From Microcoleus sp. (GTDB lineage: Bacteria > Cyanobacteriota > Cyanobacteriia > Cyanobacteriales > Microcoleaceae), in contig JAYFMW010000007.1 of NCBI GenBank assembly GCA_042408215.1, positions 96,001 through 160,000 on the forward strand: DNA of 64,000 bases, in the 5' to 3' direction. Below the pieces are notes generated by a model. That model did no database searches. It saw only the letters and a program-made list of their open reading frames with translations, and was not told the origin of the DNA. The position numbers and the translations under genes were made by a program. Below, one piece after another: positions 57,571 through 64,000 of this stretch (the first letter of the stretch is position 1; every line of letters begins with the position of its first letter).

Positions 57571-59559
57571 ATGATCGTTCCTATTTCGTTACTCGCAGAA
57601 CTTCTGCAAGCTTTGCCCCAACTGCGGGCACAAATTTATTTCAAATCTTCCATGACAGCGCTGTCTCACGCGATGGAAGACTTGGTTTTGGCGGGTTCTG
57701 ATGAACCTTTAGTCATTGCTAGCTTTCAGCGAGAGCGTTTCTACCGCCAGGAAGCTCACCGCTACCAGCGCATTTCCGATCGCTCATCTCAGGTATATGT
57801 GCTAGCAGCACCGGAAACTGAGTTTAAAAACTCTTCGGAGTGTCACGAAACTGTGGCGTTTGCACCGGAAGATGGGTTAAGCCAAGAGTGGCATTTAGTG
57901 GTGATCGGAGAAAACTACTCAACTTGTCTGATTTGTCACGAAAAAATTGTGCCCCTGGAAAATCAGGATGAGCGCGAGCCGCTGTTGATGGATCAAGCTC
58001 GTAGATTTGAGGGAATTTGGACTTTCGATCGGGAGGTAAGCTGCAAAGCCGCTGCATTGCTGCTCGATCGAATTGTCAAGTATCGGCCGGAATTGGCCGA
58101 AAAGATCGATCGAGCGCGAACAACTTACAAATTGGTCGCCGCACCGAAAAAACAGAGGAAATCGGCTAATTCCAAATCCGCACAGCCAGACAAAAATATA
58201 GGGAAACCCCCAAACATTCCCAATCCCAAATTGAACGACGCTTTTGCCGAACGCTTAGTGACATACTTGCAAGCAGGGCAGCACAAACTGCTGAAAGCAT
58301 ACGCTGCGATCGCCGCCCAAGAACGCAAAGAACGCCTCGTAAACTTAATTACAACGGCAATGCGGCAGTCTCTCAATCCCCAAGAAATCGTCGAAGTCGC
58401 AGTGCAAGAACTGGGAACTGCCCTTTCGGCTTGTCGCTGTTTGATTTATCGGTGCAAAGCCACAGATGCGACGGTGAAAATCGATCGCGAGTTTTTGTGC
58501 CGGGGCGCTAATTCCCTGCTAAATAAGACTTGGCCCTTGCAGGAAAATCCGATATTTCGTGATGCGGTGGTAAAGCAAGAGCGAGTTTACATCCAAGATA
58601 CAGCACAAGAGCCGCAGATTGTCAATACAAAATCGCTACAAGGGACTGTAAAACAGTGGCAAATTGTCTCCTGGTTAATGGTGCCTGTGCTTTATCAGGG
58701 GCGGGTTTTGGGTATGGTGGAAATGCACCAGTGTCGATCGACCTTGCCTTGGGAAGAAGACGAACTGGCTCTAGTTGAGGCGATCGCCACCCAACTCGGA
58801 GCAGCCTTAATTCAAGCAGAAACCTACGCACATTTAGAAGAGCTAAATCAACAATTAGAAGCCTTAGACCGCACTCGCAGCAATCTAATAGCCATCACAG
58901 GCCACGAACTCCGAACTCCCCTTTCCACTATTCAAGTGTGTCTAGAAAGTTTGAATACCGAACCAGATATGCCACCTGAATTGCGGAAAATCATGTTAGA
59001 AACTGCCCTGGGCGATGCCGATAGAATGCGGAAACTTGTGCAGGATTTCCTAACTCTTTCCCACTTAGAAAGCGGACGAGTTGCATGGAATGTAGAATCG
59101 CTAACCCTGCAAGAATGCGTGGATTTAGCCCTCAGCAGCGTTCGAGCTCGTGGTTACGACAAAAAGTTGCCGGAAATTATCGCCGAAGTATCCGCAGAAT
59201 TGCCTTTAGTACAAGCCGACGGCGAGTGGTTGGTAGAATTGCTTTCCAAACTACTAGACAACGCTTGCAAATTCACCAAACCCCAAGGAAGCGTGACTGT
59301 TCGAGCTAAATGTAATGGTTATAGGATGGTGGAAGTGCTTGTAGCGGACACGGGGAGAGGAATAGAGGCGAATAGTTTAAAAGTAGTGTTCGATCGATTT
59401 TATCAAGAAGAAGGAGCTTTGCGGCGCAGTGCCGGCGGTACGGGTTTAGGATTAGCAATTTGCAAACAGATTGTGGCTGGCTGGGGAGGCAAAATTTGGG
59501 TAGATTCCCCAGGAAAAGACAAAGGAAGTGAATTTCATTTCACTATTCCTACTCTATAG
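57571..59559 (+). CDS. DICT-GAF sensor histidine kinase
   Basis: YFKSSMTALSHAMED / SFQRERFY (DICT), GAF, HELRTPL, DNACKF, DTGRG, GTGLGL. Confidence 0.92.
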   Translation: MIVPISLLAELLQALPQLRAQIYFKSSMTALSHAMEDLVLAGSDEPLVIASFQRERFYRQEAHRYQRISDRSSQVYVLAAPETEFKNSSECHETVAFAPEDGLSQEWHLVVIGENYSTCLICHEKIVPLENQDEREPLLMDQARRFEGIWTFDREVSCKAAALLLDRIVKYRPELAEKIDRARTTYKLVAAPKKQRKSANSKSAQPDKNIGKPPNIPNPKLNDAFAERLVTYLQAGQHKLLKAYAAIAAQERKERLVNLITTAMRQSLNPQEIVEVAVQELGTALSACRCLIYRCKATDATVKIDREFLCRGANSLLNKTWPLQENPIFRDAVVKQERVYIQDTAQEPQIVNTKSLQGTVKQWQIVSWLMVPVLYQGRVLGMVEMHQCRSTLPWEEDELALVEAIATQLGAALIQAETYAHLEELNQQLEALDRTRSNLIAITGHELRTPLSTIQVCLESLNTEPDMPPELRKIMLETALGDADRMRKLVQDFLTLSHLESGRVAWNVESLTLQECVDLALSSVRARGYDKKLPEIIAEVSAELPLVQADGEWLVELLSKLLDNACKFTKPQGSVTVRAKCNGYRMVEVLVADTGRGIEANSLKVVFDRFYQEEGALRRSAGGTGLGLAICKQIVAGWGGKIWVDSPGKDKGSEFHFTIPTL

Positions 59560-59655
59560 AATCCATTTGAGATCTTGAGGGCAATCCCTCACAGCAGTCT
59601 ATCGGCCCCAAAAGCTCTTTTTTGAGATCGTTCTGTTTAAACAAGGAGAGAACTA

Positions 59656-59946
59656 ATGAAAATTCGGCAAATATTGCAAGAAAAACGAGCAGAAATTCTT
59701 CAACTTGCAGCCAAGCATGGCGCATTCAACGTGCGGATTTTTGGTTCCGTTGCGCGGGGAGAAGAACGGGAAGACAGCGACGTAGATTTTCTGGTAGAAA
59801 TGGAAACAGAAAGGAGTTTATTAGACCGTATCGGACTGATCCAAGATTTAGAAGATTTCCTAGGTAAAAAAGTCGATGTTGCTAACGTTAAAGGATTGCG
59901 GGAAGCTTTTCGAGAACGTATACTCCGAGAGGCAATTTTCCTATGA
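59656..59946 (+). CDS. MNT nucleotidyltransferase antitoxin (MntA-like)
   Basis: [16 protein letters not shown] (GSx10DxD). Confidence 0.9.
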   Translation: MKIRQILQEKRAEILQLAAKHGAFNVRIFGSVARGEEREDSDVDFLVEMETERSLLDRIGLIQDLEDFLGKKVDVANVKGLREAFRERILREAIFL

Positions 59947-60296
59947 CCGACGACCTGATTTATTTAGCCGATATCCTTGAAAGGATAGAACGCATTGAAA
60001 ACTACACTCAAGGGGGGAAAGTAGATTTTTTTCAATCTCCTTTGATTCAAGATGGAGTTATTCGCAGTTTTGAAGTCATCGGAGAAGCTGTTAAGAGACT
60101 TTCTCCTGAACTAAGACAAACATACTCCGAAATCCCCTGGCGTAAAATAGCTGGTTTCCGAGATGTCCTCATTCACGATTACATCGGAGTCGATTTAACA
60201 GAAGTTTGGAACGCAGTAGAACGAAACTTGCCTGAATTAAAACAACAAATTTTAACAATTTCCCAGGATTTCCGATCGTCAAGACATGAGAATTAA
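59943..60296 (+). CDS. HEPN/DUF86 RNase toxin (HepT-like)
   Basis: RDVLIHDY (Rx4HxY); ATGA overlap with the MNT gene. Confidence 0.9.
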   Translation: MTDDLIYLADILERIERIENYTQGGKVDFFQSPLIQDGVIRSFEVIGEAVKRLSPELRQTYSEIPWRKIAGFRDVLIHDYIGVDLTEVWNAVERNLPELKQQILTISQDFRSSRHEN

Positions 60297-60356
60297 ATAA
60301 TTACGTCAAAATTCATATTACCCACCGCCACGACGCGGCTTGAGAAACACCATACA

Positions 60357-63300
60357 CTAAATAGGAATACTAATTACAAACTCTGTTCCTTTCCCTAGGG
60401 ATGAAAAACATTCCAAAGTCCCCCCATGTTTTTCAGTTACTATCTGATGACAAATTGACAATCCCAATCCCGTCCCGTCGCCTTCTGCTTTCGTTGTAAA
60501 AAATGGAGTAAACAATTTTTCGATCACACTTTCCGGCATTCCCTGCCCGTTGTCAGCGATCCGAATCACCAGGGTGTCCATTATTTGCTGTTCTTTCTGG
60601 CAAACACCCAAAGTAGAAATTGTAATTGTATTGGGATTTTTATCAATTTTTGCATAAGTTTTGCCCGCATTAAATTCATCCAAAGCATCGATCGCATTAG
60701 CAATCAAGTTCATAAATACTTGATTCATTTGTCCCGGATAGCAGCGTAATTTTGGTAACTCACCGTAATATTTAATGATTTTAATTGCCGGTCGAGCCTG
60801 ATTTGCTTTGAGTCGGTGAGACAAAATCATCAAAGTAGTTTCAATTCCTTCGTGAATATCAACTGCTCTTTTTTCAGCAGTGTCGGTGCGGGAGTAGTTG
60901 CGGAGGGATTGCATGATATCGCGAATGCGATCGATTCCCAATTTCATTGATGCAGTTGTTTTGGGCAAATCTTCTAATAAGAATTCTAGTTCGATCGACT
61001 CAATTTCATCTTCAATTTTTTGTCCGGGTTCGGGAAAGTTTTCTTGATAAAGATTGAGCAAATTAATCAAATCACCAACATATTCTTGAACATGGTGCAA
61101 ATTCCCAGAAATGAAACCAACGGGATTGTTCACTTCGTGAGCAACTCCAGCAACCAGTTGTCCGAGTTGAGATATTTTTTCAGTTTGAACTAATTGTGCT
61201 TGAGTTTGTTGCAGTTCAATCACTGCGGCTTCTAACTGACGAGATTTTTCTTGTTCGCCAGCGTAGAGACGGGCATTTTCAATGGCAATTGCTGCCTGTG
61301 CTGTCAATATTTGCAACAGTTTCAATCGTTCGCTAGTAAACGCCCCCGCCACCAGATTATTTTCTAAATAAACTACACCCATCGACTTTCCTTGATAGAG
61401 AATAGGGGCGCACAAAATCGACTTTGGTTGAGTATTTTGAATGTAGAGATCCGATTGATAAATTGTTTGTTTGGCTGCATCTGTCAAGATCAGCGGTTGC
61501 TGAGTCATCGCTACATATTGAATTACAGAAATAGGAAGATCTGAACTATTTGTTAGCAAAGTTGATGGTTGAAATATGCTTGAATTGTGCTTGTTAGTAT
61601 CCAGCACTTCAATGCACAGTTGCCCATCTTGTTCTAGAATAATAGAGCCTTTTTGGGCCCCGGCATTTTCTAAAATAATATAGAGCAGTTTTTTTAACAA
61701 TTTTTCTAAGACAATTTCACTAGAAATTGTCTGGGAGGCTTTCATTACTGTTCCTAAATCCAAAATGTTGGCATCGGCGGAGGTACTCGCAGTTGTAGTC
61801 ACGGTTATTTGACGATCGCAGATTTTTTGAAACCAATCTGGATGAGATTGTTCTAATTGATTAACTTTGGCGGTTGCACCCCATTGGAGATAGCAAAAAC
61901 GGGCATCATTGAGATATATTTTGGCTGAATTGTACCGATTTTGTGCTAAATAAAATCGAGTAGCTAGTTCGTTTGCTAGGGCAGCATTTTGGATAAAGCC
62001 ATTTTCGATCGCAGAGGCGATTGACTGGTCATAATATTCTGCTGCTGCATAGTTATTTCCTGACAACCGCGCTATTTCTGCCTGAATTAATAAATATTTG
62101 TGCTGATAGTTAGCAGGGGAATGTTTCGCCAAATCTCGAAATTCTTCCAGGCTGATGTTGAGTTTTTCTCGGTATAGTTTACGATCGCTATCGCTGGCAT
62201 TTGTAAAAGCAGAAGCTAGGGCGATAGCGTGATGGAAACGAAAAACCGGATTGACAAAATGACCGGCACCACCTTTCAAAAACTCCGCGCCAGCTAGAGC
62301 ATATTCTAACGCTAGATTGACCTCACCAAACCAGTTAGCAACAGTCAGTCTGTAAAGATAAATTACAAAAATGGTAGTCAGATCTGCCGAGGATTCAGCA
62401 GATTTTAAAAGCGCTTCATCATCAATAAAAGTTTGAGGTATCTGGGCGGCTTCTAAGGTGCAGGTAAGTTGGGCGATCGCATTTTTGTTCAGCAAGTGAT
62501 AGGCTAACATATTGCGATCTATTTTTGACAACACAGGGATAAATTTATCAGCAATTTCTGTAGATTTTTGTAGCGATTCGTTGCCAAAAAAGCTGACCCA
62601 TAAATAATTAATGGAAGCATAACCAGACCACTGGTAAGCACCTGTTTCTATGCCGCTGTTAAAGGCTTTCAGCATAAAAGACTTGCACTCATCTATATAT
62701 TGAATGTAATGCAAGGTTAAAGCCCCCCACATATGGAAAATACAAGGGCCTAACTCTTTAATATTCCAACGTTCGTAGAGATTTAGCGATAGTTGTCCCG
62801 CTGCACAGCCAGCCTCTATTTCGCGATATTTTGTGATTAAAGTAAAGGCATACAAAGTGTAACCAAATGCGGAAATTCGGCAATTGCCGTACTCAATACT
62901 CGCTTGCACAAACTTCATGGCGCAGAGAAATTGAGCGTTGGGATTGGTAAAATAGGCAATGGGGAAAAGTTCTTTCAAAATCCGGTGGGCTGCGAGTAGC
63001 AGCGGATCGGTGAGTGTGGGTAAATCTGCCAAATCGGCGATCGATCCACCAATCATCGCTTTTGTCTTTGCTAATTCACTCGCTAAAAAATCATCATCCG
63101 GGTACGCTTCAAACTCCATACCCAAAGATTGTAATGTTTCAACACCCAGGTTATAAGCGGCAGATAAATCATTTTTCATCCGCAGACAAGTCATTTTTAA
63201 TTCATTAACTAAGCACTGTTCCAACAGAGTATGAGTCTTAGGAATAATCCTGTCAAAAATTGCTAAAGCTTCATCATTATTGCCATTCAAATATTCCGCT

Positions 63301-64000
63301 TCACCCAGATTTAAAGAGAGCGCAAAACTCAAGGGATAATTCTCCTCCCAACTTGGGGCTGGTAAAGTGTTGCACCCAGTTTGAAAAAAAGTCTTTGCAG
63401 CTTCAAAAGCCGAAGCTGCTTTAGCCATTTTACCTGCTTGTAAATTTAATTTTGCTAACTCATAAAGTTCTTCATAATTAGCAATCAACCCGCGAGCCAA
63501 GTTCAAATGATTGACAATATCAAAGATTTTTTCTTGGCGTTCAGCTTCATTGGTACTCTGCAACAACAAACGTCCTAACTTCAAATGAACTGGTTTTTTC
63601 TGGGCATCAGGAATCATGAGGTAAGCGGCTTGTTGCACTCGATCGTGCAAGAACTTGTAGCGCACTTTTCCGGCTATTTTGCCCAATTTTTCCAATTCCT
63701 GCGGCTCCAATACTTGCGGTAGTCGATAGGTGTTATCTACAGGCAAAATCAACCCTACTTGCAGTGCTTCCCACAAATCTTGTGCTGTTTCAGTCAAAGA
63801 TTCTTCGCTGGCGATCGACAAAATATCCAAAGTAAATTGATGGTCTATGCAAGCGGCTAATTGTAAAACTCTTTGAGTTGCAATTGACAATTTTTGAATT
63901 TTTTTCACCATCAAAACAACAACATTTTCGGAAATTTTCTGCTGCTGAATTTGTTGAATATTCCACTGCCATTCATCCGATTCTGGATGAAATTTTAGGA
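60357..64000 (-). CDS. AAA-ATPase/GAF/histidine kinase (trifunctional Ser/Thr kinase-type), C-terminal part; starts outside the window
   Basis: FLHDRVQQAAY, GAF (YLENN), HEVNNP, NAIDA, GTGLGL; frame stays open from 63914 to the window edge. Confidence 0.9.
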   Translation of the reverse strand, partial: LKFHPESDEWQWNIQQIQQQKISENVVVLMVKKIQKLSIATQRVLQLAACIDHQFTLDILSIASEESLTETAQDLWEALQVGLILPVDNTYRLPQVLEPQELEKLGKIAGKVRYKFLHDRVQQAAYLMIPDAQKKPVHLKLGRLLLQSTNEAERQEKIFDIVNHLNLARGLIANYEELYELAKLNLQAGKMAKAASAFEAAKTFFQTGCNTLPAPSWEENYPLSFALSLNLGEAEYLNGNNDEALAIFDRIIPKTHTLLEQCLVNELKMTCLRMKNDLSAAYNLGVETLQSLGMEFEAYPDDDFLASELAKTKAMIGGSIADLADLPTLTDPLLLAAHRILKELFPIAYFTNPNAQFLCAMKFVQASIEYGNCRISAFGYTLYAFTLITKYREIEAGCAAGQLSLNLYERWNIKELGPCIFHMWGALTLHYIQYIDECKSFMLKAFNSGIETGAYQWSGYASINYLWVSFFGNESLQKSTEIADKFIPVLSKIDRNMLAYHLLNKNAIAQLTCTLEAAQIPQTFIDDEALLKSAESSADLTTIFVIYLYRLTVANWFGEVNLALEYALAGAEFLKGGAGHFVNPVFRFHHAIALASAFTNASDSDRKLYREKLNISLEEFRDLAKHSPANYQHKYLLIQAEIARLSGNNYAAAEYYDQSIASAIENGFIQNAALANELATRFYLAQNRYNSAKIYLNDARFCYLQWGATAKVNQLEQSHPDWFQKICDRQITVTTTASTSADANILDLGTVMKASQTISSEIVLEKLLKKLLYIILENAGAQKGSIILEQDGQLCIEVLDTNKHNSSIFQPSTLLTNSSDLPISVIQYVAMTQQPLILTDAAKQTIYQSDLYIQNTQPKSILCAPILYQGKSMGVVYLENNLVAGAFTSERLKLLQILTAQAAIAIENARLYAGEQEKSRQLEAAVIELQQTQAQLVQTEKISQLGQLVAGVAHEVNNPVGFISGNLHHVQEYVGDLINLLNLYQENFPEPGQKIEDEIESIELEFLLEDLPKTTASMKLGIDRIRDIMQSLRNYSRTDTAEKRAVDIHEGIETTLMILSHRLKANQARPAIKIIKYYGELPKLRCYPGQMNQVFMNLIANAIDALDEFNAGKTYAKIDKNPNTITISTLGVCQKEQQIMDTLVIRIADNGQGMPESVIEKLFTPFFTTKAEGDGTGLGLSICHQIVTEKHGGTLECFSSLGKGTEFVISIPI

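Overview
Cyanobacterial DNA, probably from a filamentous Oscillatoriales/Microcoleus-like genome (HIP1 GCGATCGC sites, cyanobacterial DUFs, REP/MITE repeats). The left 35 kb looks like one polymorphic-toxin-type locus. A 3194-aa minus-strand gene (25419-35003) reads: S/T/P stalk with a 48-bp VNTR, DUF4114-like, Ig/cadherin-like, ZU5-like, beta-propeller, GxSxG alpha/beta-hydrolase, then a C-terminal NucA-like endonuclease. Downstream lie four N-terminally truncated cassettes with alternative nuclease tips and two cassette relics. They are interleaved with ten plus-strand pentapeptide-repeat protein (PRP) genes, and every nuclease 3' end faces a PRP 3' end. PRP subtype co-varies with cassette subtype, so the PRPs are candidate immunity proteins, possibly DNA mimics (inference). 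A 98-bp direct repeat brackets the locus. The right 29 kb is mostly core genome (HerA-like ATPase, ribBA, tRNA-Phe, GT39, fasciclin, MBL hydrolase, trpG, dgkA, ybeY, thrS, histidine kinases, MNT-HEPN TA) with MITEs, tandem repeats and a small decayed AT-rich islet. All family calls come from motif recognition by eye; no searches were run.
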